The notes beneath the pieces were generated by a model. It did not search any database and was not told where the DNA came from. It worked only from the letters and a program-made list of their open reading frames with translations. The position numbers were made by a program, and so were the translations under genes. A DNA stretch of 64,000 nt, from contig CANQIL010000005.1 in the NCBI GenBank assembly GCA_947624045.1, positions 149-64,148 on the forward strand, in the 5' to 3' direction. Source of the stretch: an uncultured Bacilli bacterium (lineage in GTDB: Bacteria > Bacillota_I > Bacilli_A > RF39 > UBA660). Each line of letters opens with the position of its first letter. Positions within the stretch are counted from its first letter, which is position 1. Positions 9,914-20,631 of this stretch are shown here, piece by piece.

Positions 9914-12538
9914 GTGAAAAGATTTTTTGCTTTAGAAGTAGAATCAGTAATTAATGATGTATCTGCCTCACTAACTGGCTTAACCGAAGAAGAAGCTACG
10001 AAACGACTACAAAAATATGGTAAGAATGAACTACCTAAGAAAAAGCCAGATAGTGTTATTAAGATATTTTTTCAAGAATTATTGGACCCAATTGTTTTAA
10101 TATTAATAGTTGCGATAATTGCTAGTATAGTAATTGGTGAAACAATTGATGCGATTGCGATAACTTTAATTGTTTTAATAGACTTAATAATGGGTACTTT
10201 TCAAGAAAAAAAAGCTAATAATACCGCTTTAGCTTTAGCTAATCTAGTTAAAGAAAAAGTTAATGTCTTAAGAGATAATAAAGAAAAAGAGATACTTTCA
10301 ACCGACTTAGTAGTTGGCGATATCATCCTTTTAACATCAGGGGATAAAATAGGAGCAGATATACGTCTAATAGAAACTCATAATTTTACAGTTGATGAGT
10401 CTGTTTTAACGGGAGAAAGTTTGCCGGTTGAGAAGAATTCTAAGAAGTTAGCTGATAAAGACCTAGCTATTGTTGACCAAACCAATATGATTTTTGCTGG
10501 TACTAGTGTTGTAACAGGAAGAGCTTTAGGTGTTGTCATTGGAACAAGTATTAATACCGAGATAGGTAAGATTGCCGATACGTTAAATAAGACAGAAGAA
10601 GAAAAATCTCCTTTAACTATTCGCGTTGAACAATTTTCTAAACAAATAACTATTATTATAGTAGTAATTGCTTGTATAATTACATTACTTCTTTTATCTA
10701 AAGGTCTTCCATATAACGAAATTTTCTTATCAGTAATTGCTTTATCAGTTTCAGCTATGCCAGAAGGACTACCTCTTGCTTTAACAATGGCTTTAAGTAT
10801 AGCTTCTAATAAAATGGCTAAGAAAAAAGTTATTGCGAAAAAGCTTCATTCAGTAGAAAGCCTTGGTAGTGTAACTGTTATTGCCTCTGATAAAACAGGT
10901 ACTCTTACCGCTAATGAACAGACGGCTAAAAAGATTTTACTACCTAATGGCTATGAGTATGATATTACCGGAGTAGGTTATAATATAAAAGGAGAAGTTG
11001 TTGGTAAAGAACTATCTTTGGCTAGAGAAATAGCTCTTTTAGGAGTTATCAATAATGAAGCTAAATTTACTAAAGAAGAACAAATGGGAGATTCTATTGA
11101 TATGGCTTTTTTAGTATTAGGTGAAAAGCTTAATCTAAATAAAGAAGATATTAATATCCTAGAAGTAATTCCTTATGAATCAGCTAATAAGTATTCAGCT
11201 GTTTTCTATGAAAAAGATGGAGAAGCTTACTGTACGATTAAAGGCTCACTAGAAAAAGTTTTAGAGTTTTGTAATAGCGTTAATTTAATAGATGCTAAAA
11301 TGCCAAAACAAAAGCTAATTAAACAAAATGAATATTTAGCTAATTTAGGATACCGCGTAATTGCTTTAGCTAATGCTAAAATTACTAAGAAAGATGAATA
11401 TACTGAAAAAGACTTAAAGAATTTAACATTTATGGGTTTAGTTGGTTTTATTGACCCAATTCGTAAAGAGGTAATTTCTTCGATAAAACAATGTCATAGT
11501 GCTGGTATTAAAGTTTTAATGATTACTGGGGACCATCCACTTACGGCTTTTGCGATTGCTAAAGAATTGAAATTAACAGTTGATTATAAAGAAGTGGCTA
11601 CTGGTGATGAAGTAGAAAAGTATTACTCAATGGGAGAAATAGCTTTTGATAAATTTATTAAAGCTAAAAAAGTCTTTTCCCGAGTTGCGCCTTTACAGAA
11701 ATTACAAATTGTTGAATCTTTAAAAAGACAAGGTGAATTTGTCGCTGTTACAGGAGATGGCGTTAATGATGCTCCAGCTTTAAAGACAGCTAATATTGGT
11801 GTTGCCATGGGTAGTGGTACCGATATAGCTAGAGAAACAGCTAAAATGATTATAATTGATGATAATTTTAAATCAATAGTAAGTGGAGTTAGAGAAGGTC
11901 GTATTGCTTATAGTAATATCAGAAAGATTGCCTTTTTCCTTATTTCTTGCGGCTTAGCCGAAGTATTATTTTTCTGCCTATCAACGCTTTTTAATATGCC
12001 TATGCCACTTGTTGCGATACAACTACTTTGGTTAAATATTGTAACTGATGGCTTGCAAGACTTTGCTTTATCTTTTGAAAAAGGTGAAGATAATATTATG
12101 AAAGAAAAGCCTAGAAGCCCTAAAGAAAGCTTATTTGATAAAACACTATTTTCTGAAATTGCCTTTTCAGGTAGCGTAATTGGCATATTAGTTTTCATTT
12201 GTTGGTTTTATTTAATTAGAAAACTTCATTTAGATGTTAGTATTGCTCGAGGTTATATAATGGCTTTAATGGTATTTATTCAAAATATTCATGTCTTTAA
12301 TTGCCGCAGTGAGAAAAAATCAGCCTTTTCTGTTCCACTTAAACAAAATTTAATGATAGTATTAGCTGTCTTTGGCTCAATTTTCTTACAAATTATTGTA
12401 ATGGAAGTAGATTTCTTAGCTTTATTCTTAAAAACAACACCAATTCCTTTTATCCATCTAGTTTTCTTATTTGCTATTTCATTATTTATTTTAATAATTA
12501 TGGAAATTTACAAGACAATTAAATATAAAAATACATAA
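9914..12538 (+). CDS. Cation-transporting P-type ATPase (Ca2+/type II-like)
   Basis: VLTGES, PEGL, SDKTGTLT, MITGDH, TGDGVNDAPAL. Confidence 0.95.
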   Translation: MKRFFALEVESVINDVSASLTGLTEEEATKRLQKYGKNELPKKKPDSVIKIFFQELLDPIVLILIVAIIASIVIGETIDAIAITLIVLIDLIMGTFQEKKANNTALALANLVKEKVNVLRDNKEKEILSTDLVVGDIILLTSGDKIGADIRLIETHNFTVDESVLTGESLPVEKNSKKLADKDLAIVDQTNMIFAGTSVVTGRALGVVIGTSINTEIGKIADTLNKTEEEKSPLTIRVEQFSKQITIIIVVIACIITLLLLSKGLPYNEIFLSVIALSVSAMPEGLPLALTMALSIASNKMAKKKVIAKKLHSVESLGSVTVIASDKTGTLTANEQTAKKILLPNGYEYDITGVGYNIKGEVVGKELSLAREIALLGVINNEAKFTKEEQMGDSIDMAFLVLGEKLNLNKEDINILEVIPYESANKYSAVFYEKDGEAYCTIKGSLEKVLEFCNSVNLIDAKMPKQKLIKQNEYLANLGYRVIALANAKITKKDEYTEKDLKNLTFMGLVGFIDPIRKEVISSIKQCHSAGIKVLMITGDHPLTAFAIAKELKLTVDYKEVATGDEVEKYYSMGEIAFDKFIKAKKVFSRVAPLQKLQIVESLKRQGEFVAVTGDGVNDAPALKTANIGVAMGSGTDIARETAKMIIIDDNFKSIVSGVREGRIAYSNIRKIAFFLISCGLAEVLFFCLSTLFNMPMPLVAIQLLWLNIVTDGLQDFALSFEKGEDNIMKEKPRSPKESLFDKTLFSEIAFSGSVIGILVFICWFYLIRKLHLDVSIARGYIMALMVFIQNIHVFNCRSEKKSAFSVPLKQNLMIVLAVFGSIFLQIIVMEVDFLALFLKTTPIPFIHLVFLFAISLFILIIMEIYKTIKYKNT

Positions 12539-12879
12539 AACTTATGATGTTATATTAGCAAAACATTTAAAAATAAAGTTTCCTACAATTAATTAGAGTT
12601 GTACGTAAGAAATTTAAGATACTATAAAAATTTGCTAGTGAATTTGATAATAATAAATTTTTGCAAGGAGCCCTTGCAAAATTATCTTGGACTTCAATTA
12701 CAACTATTATGGATGCCTTTATATTCATCGTCGCCCTTGTAAAAAACTAAAACAAGGAGTATAATTGTGAACATGAAGTGCTATAAAAAACAAAAAAAGT
12801 ATGTTCAAAATGAACGCAAATAGACTAACAAATTTTTTAATTTAGAAATTGATGTAATCTAAGTAAAGGAGGTTTTATT

Positions 12880-14868
12880 TTGCTTACAGATAAAACTTTA
12901 AAAGAAACTAATGAAAAAAGAATTATTGATTCTATTTCTACTTTAGCAATTGATATGATTGATAATGCTCAAAGTGGGCATCCGGGAATTGCTTTGGGAG
13001 CAGCTCCTATAATTTATACGTTATATGCTAAACATTTACGTTTTGATGTTGATAGTCCAACTTGTTTTAATAGAGATCGTTTTATTTTATCAGCTGGTCA
13101 TGCTTCAGCTCTTTTATATGCAACACTATTTATGGCTGGTTTTCCTTATACTTTAGATGATTTAAAAGCATTCAGACAGATAGATTCTATAACTCCGGGC
13201 CATCCGGAGTTAAATCCCAAGTTAGGAGTAGAAGCAACAACCGGCCCTTTAGGGCAAGGTTTCGCTATGGCCGTTGGTATGGCAATGGCCGAAGCTAATC
13301 TTCGTAGTCGTTTTAATAAAGGCAAAAAGGAAATAATTGATTTTAATACTTATGTCTTATGTAGTGATGGCGATTTAATGGAAGGAATTAGCTATGAAGC
13401 CGCTAGTTTAGCCGGTACTTTAAAACTAAATAAATTAATTGTTTTATATGATTCTAATTCAGTTTGCTTAGATGGTAAGACATCAGATACTTTTACGGAA
13501 AATATTGCGATGCGTTTTGTTTCCTTAGGTTGGAATGTTATAACGGTTGATGATGGCGAAGTTTATGAGCTAATTAATAAAGCTATTGAAGAAGCTAAGA
13601 GTAGTACTGATAAGCCTACTTTAATTGAAGTTAAGACAACTATCGGTAAAAATTCTTTCTTGGAGGGTACTAATAAAGTTCATGGCAGTCCTCTTACAAA
13701 AGAAGATATTACTAATATAAAAGAAAAACTTAATATTCGCGATATTCCATTTACCGTTTCCCAAAGTGCGATGGAAGATTTCCAAGCTTTAATTAAAGAA
13801 AGATGTCATAACTTAGTTAGTGATTTTGAAAAGAACTTTAAAGAACTAAGTGAAACTGAGCAGGAAGAGTTAAGCTACTTTATGAATAATGATAAGAAAA
13901 TTGATATAAAAGAACTTATCTATAATCCACCCGAAGACAAGTGGGAGTCACCTCGTGAAACTTCTCATAAAATATTAAATTCTAATGTTTTAAAGATTCC
14001 TTATGTCATAGGTGGTAGTGCTGATTTAGCTAGTTCTAATCGTACCTGTATTGAAGATGGTGGCAATTTTTCTAGTAATGACTATCTAGGTAGAAATATT
14101 TTCTATGGTGTTAGAGAGCATGCTATGGGAGCAATTACTAATGGGCTAGCTTTATGTGGTTTTAGACCATTTGCTTCAACGTTCTTAAGCTTTAGTGATT
14201 ACTTGCGTCCCGCTCTTAGAATGTCTGCTTTAATGAATTTAGCGCCTATTTATATTTTTACGCATGACTCTATTAGTGTAGGAGAAGATGGACCAACTCA
14301 TCAACCCGTGGAGCAACTACTTTCCCTACGTAGTATTCCTAATATGGATGTCTTTCGTCCAGCCGATGCCAATGAAGTAATTGGCGCCTATCGGGTGATT
14401 TTCTCAAAAAACAGCAACCCCTCAGTTATAGCTTTATCAAGAAATAAGCTACCTATATTAGAACTAACTAAAGCTAACGAAGTAGAACGTGGTGGCTATA
14501 TCCTATATGACCCGGAGAAGAAAGCTAATGGTATTTTAATTTCTTCCGGAGAAGAAGTTCATAGTGCCCTAGAAGTAGCTTATCGCTTAAAACCAAAAGG
14601 TTTTGAAATAAGAGTTGTTTCTATGCCTAACTTAGAACGTTTCTTAGCTCAAAGCCCTGAATATATCGAAGAAGTTTTACCAGTAGAAATTCGTAAGATT
14701 GCGATTGAAGCCGGAAGCTCCTATAGCTTTAGTAAACTAATTTTCAATGATAAATACTTAATTACTTTAGATAAATTTGGTGCTAGTGGTAAAAAAGAAG
14801 ATGTTTATAAGAAGTTTGGTTTTGATATTGATTCACTAGAAGAAAAAATTGAAAATTTACTAAAATAA
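12880..14868 (+). CDS. tkt: Transketolase
   Basis: SGHPG, RDRFILSAGH, TTGPLGQG, GDLMEGISYEA, GVREHAM, THDSISVGEDGPTHQP. Confidence 0.97.
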   Translation: MLTDKTLKETNEKRIIDSISTLAIDMIDNAQSGHPGIALGAAPIIYTLYAKHLRFDVDSPTCFNRDRFILSAGHASALLYATLFMAGFPYTLDDLKAFRQIDSITPGHPELNPKLGVEATTGPLGQGFAMAVGMAMAEANLRSRFNKGKKEIIDFNTYVLCSDGDLMEGISYEAASLAGTLKLNKLIVLYDSNSVCLDGKTSDTFTENIAMRFVSLGWNVITVDDGEVYELINKAIEEAKSSTDKPTLIEVKTTIGKNSFLEGTNKVHGSPLTKEDITNIKEKLNIRDIPFTVSQSAMEDFQALIKERCHNLVSDFEKNFKELSETEQEELSYFMNNDKKIDIKELIYNPPEDKWESPRETSHKILNSNVLKIPYVIGGSADLASSNRTCIEDGGNFSSNDYLGRNIFYGVREHAMGAITNGLALCGFRPFASTFLSFSDYLRPALRMSALMNLAPIYIFTHDSISVGEDGPTHQPVEQLLSLRSIPNMDVFRPADANEVIGAYRVIFSKNSNPSVIALSRNKLPILELTKANEVERGGYILYDPEKKANGILISSGEEVHSALEVAYRLKPKGFEIRVVSMPNLERFLAQSPEYIEEVLPVEIRKIAIEAGSSYSFSKLIFNDKYLITLDKFGASGKKEDVYKKFGFDIDSLEEKIENLLK

Positions 14869-14917
14869 TTCAACAAAAATAGACTTTTCTATTTGCTACT
14901 ATAAAAGTGGTGATAAT

Positions 14918-15355
14918 ATGAAAGTTTATTTTATTTTCAATATAAAAGATGAATTTGTTAATCTTTACAAAGATAATAGTCAAGTTCTATATAATATTTT
15001 AAAACAAATTTATTATTTAAAAAAAGAAGAAGTAGAGTATGGTTATAATCTTTTTAGAGAACTAACTAAACCTATTGAAAAAGGTAAGATGGATAAAGAA
15101 ATCTTTATTAAGTTACATAGAGAATTACCTTATATGAAAAGAAAAGATACGCATATTTACAATAACTTATATAAAGATGAAGTAAGTCGCTTAACAATAA
15201 AGGGTAGTTATATAAAACTTAGTTTGGAACAAAACTTCTCAACCTTTTTAACTATTCTTAATGGCTTTTCTAAAAACTTTTTTGTCTGTTCTTTTATGAA
15301 AGATACTTTTTTCTTTTTAAATGACTACTTAGAAAGAGAAAAAACACTTGTTTAA
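14918..15355 (+). CDS. sirA: SirA/YneE-like protein (sporulation inhibitor of replication)
   Basis: MKVYFIFNIKDEF N-terminus, and the Bacillus-conserved position between tkt and yneF. Confidence 0.6.
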   Translation: MKVYFIFNIKDEFVNLYKDNSQVLYNILKQIYYLKKEEVEYGYNLFRELTKPIEKGKMDKEIFIKLHRELPYMKRKDTHIYNNLYKDEVSRLTIKGSYIKLSLEQNFSTFLTILNGFSKNFFVCSFMKDTFFFLNDYLEREKTLV

Positions 15356-15389
15356 TTAAGAGAATTTATGTAAAATATACCTTAAGGAG

Positions 15390-15608
15390 ATGATTTTTAT
15401 GTTTTGGGATATAATGCGTGTATTATTTGGATTGATTATAGGATTAGTTATAGGTTTTTTTGGAGCTAGACATTATATGAAAAAGTATTTTCAAAAAAAT
15501 CCACCTATCAACAGAGATATGATTAAAGCTTTAATGATGCAGATGGGAAGAAAACCTAATGAAAAACAAATTAATCAAATGATGAAAGCGATGGAAAAAT
15601 ACCAATAA
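15390..15608 (+). CDS. yneF: YneF (UPF0154) membrane protein
   Basis: [40 protein letters not shown]. Confidence 0.93.
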   Translation: MIFMFWDIMRVLFGLIIGLVIGFFGARHYMKKYFQKNPPINRDMIKALMMQMGRKPNEKQINQMMKAMEKYQ

Positions 15609-15634
15609 AGGTATTTTTTCTTGATATGTAAATT

Positions 15635-17395
15635 ATGAAAGACTTTAAAGAAAAATTAGCTCTAGTTCCTACTAAACCGGGCAGTTATCAAATGAAGAAT
15701 AAAGATGGTGTTATTATCTATGTTGGTAAAGCTAAAAACTTAAAAAATCGCCTAAAAAGCTATTTTACGGGAAATGCTACTGGTAAGACTAGATTATTAG
15801 TGGAAGATATTGATGACTTTGAATACATAGTTACATCATCTGAATTAGAATCTTTAATATTAGAAATAACTTTAATAAAAAAATATGACCCTAAATATAA
15901 TATTTTACTTAAAGATGATAAGAGTTATCCTTATATTGAATTAACAAATGATACATATCCTACCTTAAAAATAGTTAGAAATATTAAACGCAAAAAAAAT
16001 AAGAATCATTTATATGGACCATATCCGAATGCTACGGCAGCTAGAAAAACCGTCAATATGATAAATAGATTATATCCCCTTAGAAAGTGTGAGCATTTAA
16101 AGAAAGAGCCTTGCTTATACTATCATATACATGAATGTCTTGGTTACTGTACTAAGAAGATTCCCAAAGAAACTATTGATGAGATGAAAAGAGAAATCAT
16201 TACTTTTCTTAAAGGGGATGCTAGTATTGTTACTAAAAAATTAGAAGAAGAAATGTATAAAGCTAGTGAAGCTTTAAATTATGAAAGAGCTAATGAATTA
16301 AAATATATGCTAGAAGATATTAATACTACTCTTAGAAAACAAAAAATTGACTTAAATAAGAACTATAACTTTGATTTAGTAAATTATTATAATGATAAAA
16401 ATTATTTATCAATAGAAATCTTTTTTATTAGAGAAGGACGTCTTTTTGGAAGACACAATGAAATTATTCAGACGATTGCTGATGTTAAAGATGCTGTTTT
16501 AGAATACTTAATTAAGTTTTATGAAAAGACTCTTTTACCTAAAGAGTTATATATACCAAGTGAATTAGATGATGAGCTTGTTTCGTCATACTTCAATGTT
16601 AAAGTAATAAAACCTTTACGTGGTAAATTAAAGAATTTAATGGACTTAGCTTGTGAAAACGCTAAAGAGCAAATTGATTTACAAGAAGAAACACTTAAAA
16701 AAGATGAACAAGTAAGGCTTAATGCCCTAGAAGAACTTAAGAAGCTTTTAAAATTAGAGAAAGTTTCTCGAATGGAATCTTTTGATAATTCGCATTTGTT
16801 TGGTACTTTTTATGTAGGTGGTATGGTTGTTTTTGAAGACTTTTTACCAGTTAAAGATGAGTATCGTAAGTTTAAGATAAGTAGTAAAGTCAAAGATGAT
16901 TTAAGTGCGATGAAGGAAGTTTTGTACCGAAGATATTATAAAGTATTAATGGAAAATTTACAAAAGCCGGACTTAATTGTTATGGATGGTGGCGAGTTAC
17001 AGGTAAATGTGGCCAAAGAAATTATTTCATCACTACACTTAGATATTCCTATTATTGGTTTAGCTAAAGATAAGAATCATCGAACTAATTATATAATTAA
17101 TGAAAATCTAGAAAAGCTAGAAGTAAGTAAAGATAGTAATCTATTCTTATTCTTAACAAGAATTCAAGAAGAAGTGCATCGTTACGCTATTAGTTATCAT
17201 CGTAATATTAAAGCTAAAGGTGCTCTAGCAAGTGTCCTTGATTTAGTACCTGGTATTGGTAGTGTAAGAAGAAAAGAATTATTAAAAAAGTTTGGTTCTT
17301 TAAAGAAAATGAAAGAAGCCAGTGTTGAAGAGTTAGCCGAAGTTGTTTCTATGGATGTTGCACAGAATTTATTTAACTATTTGCAAGAATTATAG
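15635..17395 (+). CDS. uvrC: Excinuclease ABC subunit C
   Basis: IIYVGKAKNLKNRLKSYF, PKYNILLKDDKSYPY, FDNSH, MDGG, EVHRYAI. Confidence 0.97.
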   Translation: MKDFKEKLALVPTKPGSYQMKNKDGVIIYVGKAKNLKNRLKSYFTGNATGKTRLLVEDIDDFEYIVTSSELESLILEITLIKKYDPKYNILLKDDKSYPYIELTNDTYPTLKIVRNIKRKKNKNHLYGPYPNATAARKTVNMINRLYPLRKCEHLKKEPCLYYHIHECLGYCTKKIPKETIDEMKREIITFLKGDASIVTKKLEEEMYKASEALNYERANELKYMLEDINTTLRKQKIDLNKNYNFDLVNYYNDKNYLSIEIFFIREGRLFGRHNEIIQTIADVKDAVLEYLIKFYEKTLLPKELYIPSELDDELVSSYFNVKVIKPLRGKLKNLMDLACENAKEQIDLQEETLKKDEQVRLNALEELKKLLKLEKVSRMESFDNSHLFGTFYVGGMVVFEDFLPVKDEYRKFKISSKVKDDLSAMKEVLYRRYYKVLMENLQKPDLIVMDGGELQVNVAKEIISSLHLDIPIIGLAKDKNHRTNYIINENLEKLEVSKDSNLFLFLTRIQEEVHRYAISYHRNIKAKGALASVLDLVPGIGSVRRKELLKKFGSLKKMKEASVEELAEVVSMDVAQNLFNYLQEL

Positions 17396-17423
17396 TATAA
17401 TGGTAGTGTTGGAGGCAGTTATT

Positions 17424-17852
17424 ATGAAAATGAAAGATTCAGGATTTTCTTTAGTAGAATTATTGGCGGCCGTTGCCCTTTTAGGAATACTTACAGGAGT
17501 AGCGGTAGGTGCTGTGACGGGATATATCGATAAAGCTAAAAATCAAGCTTATAATAGTTTATATAAAGCTGCGTATGAGGGATGCGAAAATTATGTTTTA
17601 GAAACAGGCGCTGCCCAAATTTTAGATAATAATGCAACGGGTAGTGTTTCTATTACAAAGTTAACTGATGATGGTTATATAACAGACCCAATTGACCCTA
17701 ATACCAAAACAAAATGTACTGGTACTGTTAACTATAAAATGAAAAAAGGTAGTGGGAAAGTTGCTGATACACTAGTTTTTAAAGTATCTTTAAGTTGTCC
17801 AGGAAGAAGTAGCTTGCCAGCTAAAGTTTTTCCTGAAGGGGCAACATATTAA
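17424..17852 (+). CDS. Type IV pilin-like protein
   Basis: MKMKDSG|FSLVELLAAVALLGIL prepilin cleavage motif; RBS GGAGG before ATG 17424 (the track start at 17343 overlaps uvrC). Confidence 0.88.
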   Translation: MKMKDSGFSLVELLAAVALLGILTGVAVGAVTGYIDKAKNQAYNSLYKAAYEGCENYVLETGAAQILDNNATGSVSITKLTDDGYITDPIDPNTKTKCTGTVNYKMKKGSGKVADTLVFKVSLSCPGRSSLPAKVFPEGATY

Positions 17853-17866
17853 AAGGTGTGAAGTAT

Positions 17867-19657
17867 ATGAGTAAAATTCAAGTAATGGATGATGTTTTAG
17901 CTAACAAGATTGCGGCTGGAGAAGTCGTTGAAAAGACGATGAATGTTGTTAAAGAGTTAGTTGAAAACGCTATTGATGCTAAAAGTACAGAGATAAGTAT
18001 TAAATTAATTGATTCAGGTGTTAAAGAAATAGAAGTTAGTGATAATGGCATAGGTATGGATGAAGAAGATGCCAAGCTTGCTTTTTTACGTCACGCTACT
18101 TCTAAATTAAAAAAATTGGATGATTTATTTTATATCTCATCTTTAGGTTTTCGTGGTGAAGCTTTACCATCTATTGCTTCGGTTTCAAATGTTGTCTTAA
18201 AAACATCGGATGGTGAAGTAGGAACCCTTTTAACTTTAAATGGTGGCAAAGACATGCAGATTTCTCGTAGTGATCTACAACAAGGTACTACTGTTATAGT
18301 AAAAGATTTATTTTATAATACACCGGTACGCCTAAAATATTTAAAAAATCTTTATATAGAATTAGCTAATATAGTTGACTATGTAAATAAAATGGCTCTT
18401 TCTTATCCTCATATTAAATTTTTATTACAAAATAATGATAAAGTACTTCTTAATACCGATGGTAGTGGCGACTTATTAAAAGTAATTTATGAAATATATG
18501 GCGTAGATGTAACAAAAAAAATGGCTCCTATTTCGGGAGAAAATGATGATTATTATATAAGTGGCTATATATCTTATCCAGAGGTTACTAAGAGTAATCG
18601 TAGTTCTATTACAACTCTTGTTAATGGACGGGTTATTAAAAATAATGAATTAAATAAAATTATCGTTGATTGTTATCATACGTATATTCCTAAAGATAAG
18701 TATCCCATCATTGTTTTAAATATTGATGTTGATCCTATCTTAGTAGATATAAATATTCATCCGACTAAAATGGATATTAAGTTTTCGAAGATGGATACTT
18801 TAAAAGAGATTATTTCTAAATTAATAACAGATAAATTAAAAACGTTACTTTTAATACCTAATGCAACTGTTAGAAATACTTCTAGTGTTAATGAAGTTAG
18901 TAGAGAAATTAATTATCATGAAGCAGAAAAGAATTATGATAAACCTAGTTATGAAGAGCTAAAGTTAGACTTTTCTGTTAAGGAAGATGAAGTGCCTTAT
19001 GAAAAAGTAGCTGATACTACTGATGAAGTTCCTGAAGAAACCGAAGAAGCTGTAGAAGAAGAAAAAGAAGTTTATCGTATTAAAGAAATGACACCGCGAG
19101 GTATTGTTTATTTAACTTATATAATTGCCGAAAATGAAGATGGTATGTATATAATAGATCAACATGCGGCGGCTGAACGTATCAATTATGAAAAAGTCTT
19201 AAAAGCTCTAAAGGAAAAAGTTGTTATAATAGATTTATTAGTACCTGTAAAAATAGAACTACCCGCTAATGAATTTATTATTTTAAAAGAACATTTTTCT
19301 TTGCTTGAAGAGTATGGTTTTCAAGCTTCGGAATTTGGTCTTAATACCGTTATAATAAGAACGCATCCTAGTTGGATTAAGGATGATGAAGCTGATGAAT
19401 GTATTCGTAAAGTAGTTGATATAATTATTTCTAAAGAAGGCTTTAATTTTGATGAGTTTGTCTGGAGAATGGCTGCTACCCAAGCCTGTCGCATGTCGAT
19501 TAAAGCTAATGATTTTATTTCTTATGATGAACAAGTATATCTCTTAAATGAATTACGTAAGTGTGAAAATCCTTTTACTTGTCCTCATGGTAGACCTACT
19601 ATTATTACTTATACTAAGTATGATTTAGAAAAATTATTTAAAAGAAGTCTTGATTAA
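17867..19657 (+). CDS. mutL: DNA mismatch repair protein MutL
   Basis: NKIAAGEVVE, KELVENAIDA, GFRGEALPSI, DQHAAAERINYE, CPHGRP. Confidence 0.97.
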   Translation: MSKIQVMDDVLANKIAAGEVVEKTMNVVKELVENAIDAKSTEISIKLIDSGVKEIEVSDNGIGMDEEDAKLAFLRHATSKLKKLDDLFYISSLGFRGEALPSIASVSNVVLKTSDGEVGTLLTLNGGKDMQISRSDLQQGTTVIVKDLFYNTPVRLKYLKNLYIELANIVDYVNKMALSYPHIKFLLQNNDKVLLNTDGSGDLLKVIYEIYGVDVTKKMAPISGENDDYYISGYISYPEVTKSNRSSITTLVNGRVIKNNELNKIIVDCYHTYIPKDKYPIIVLNIDVDPILVDINIHPTKMDIKFSKMDTLKEIISKLITDKLKTLLLIPNATVRNTSSVNEVSREINYHEAEKNYDKPSYEELKLDFSVKEDEVPYEKVADTTDEVPEETEEAVEEEKEVYRIKEMTPRGIVYLTYIIAENEDGMYIIDQHAAAERINYEKVLKALKEKVVIIDLLVPVKIELPANEFIILKEHFSLLEEYGFQASEFGLNTVIIRTHPSWIKDDEADECIRKVVDIIISKEGFNFDEFVWRMAATQACRMSIKANDFISYDEQVYLLNELRKCENPFTCPHGRPTIITYTKYDLEKLFKRSLD

Positions 19658-19670
19658 AGAAGTTGATGAT

Positions 19671-20543
19671 ATGAAACAAATAATTGTTATTGTAGGGCCA
19701 ACAGGTGTTGGTAAAACTAAGTTAAGTATTGAATTAGCTAAGAAGTTAGATGCCGAAATTATTAATGGCGACTCGGTAAGTATTTATAAAGAGCTAAATA
19801 TTGGTAGTGCTAAACCAACTCGCAAAGAACAAGGTGAAGTTAAGCATCATCTAGTCGATGTTTGCTCGGTTACTGATTATTATTCAGTTTATAATTACCA
19901 ACAAGATGTTAGAAAGCTCCTAAATAATTCTAATAAGAAAATGATAATAGTAGGGGGAACCGGACTTTACATAAAAGCTAGTTTATATGACTATGTTTTT
20001 TCTAAAGAAGAAAAAGAGGCATCTTACAAAAAACTATCTAATTCAGAACTTATTTTAAAAATAAAAGCTTTTGGTAAAGATATAGAAATGCCTCATTTAA
20101 ATAATAGACAACGTCTAGAAGGCCTACTTAGAAAATTAGAAAATAATGAAGAATTTACTACTAATAAAGATAAAGCTCTTTATGATTTCACAGTAATTGG
20201 CCTAACTACTGATAGAAATTATTTATATGAAAGAATTAATAATAGAGTAGATACTATGTTTAAAAGTGGCTTATTAGAAGAAGTAGCCTCTTTACAAGAT
20301 AAATATAGTAACTCTCGTGTTTTAAATACCGCTATAGGTTATAAAGAATTTATTCCTTATTTTAATAATACTTCTACTTTAGAAGAAGTTAAAGAAAAGA
20401 TAAAACTAAATAGTAGACATTATGCTAAAAGACAATATACTTTTTTTAATAATCAATTTAATGTTAATTGGTTTAATGTTAACTTTGATGATTTTGATAA
20501 AACTATTTATGAAGTTTTAGAATTCTTAACAAAAGAAATTTAA
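19671..20543 (+). CDS. miaA: tRNA dimethylallyltransferase
   Basis: GPTGVGKT, NIGSAKP, VGGTGLY, AIGYKE, YAKRQ. Confidence 0.96.
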   Translation: MKQIIVIVGPTGVGKTKLSIELAKKLDAEIINGDSVSIYKELNIGSAKPTRKEQGEVKHHLVDVCSVTDYYSVYNYQQDVRKLLNNSNKKMIIVGGTGLYIKASLYDYVFSKEEKEASYKKLSNSELILKIKAFGKDIEMPHLNNRQRLEGLLRKLENNEEFTTNKDKALYDFTVIGLTTDRNYLYERINNRVDTMFKSGLLEEVASLQDKYSNSRVLNTAIGYKEFIPYFNNTSTLEEVKEKIKLNSRHYAKRQYTFFNNQFNVNWFNVNFDDFDKTIYEVLEFLTKEI

Positions 20544-20631
20544 TATAAGCTATTATAGCTTTTTTTGTTGAGGTTGCAATTTCCTCATAAATGTGCTATA
20601 ATAGGTGCCGAATGTGAAAAGAGGGGTTAAT

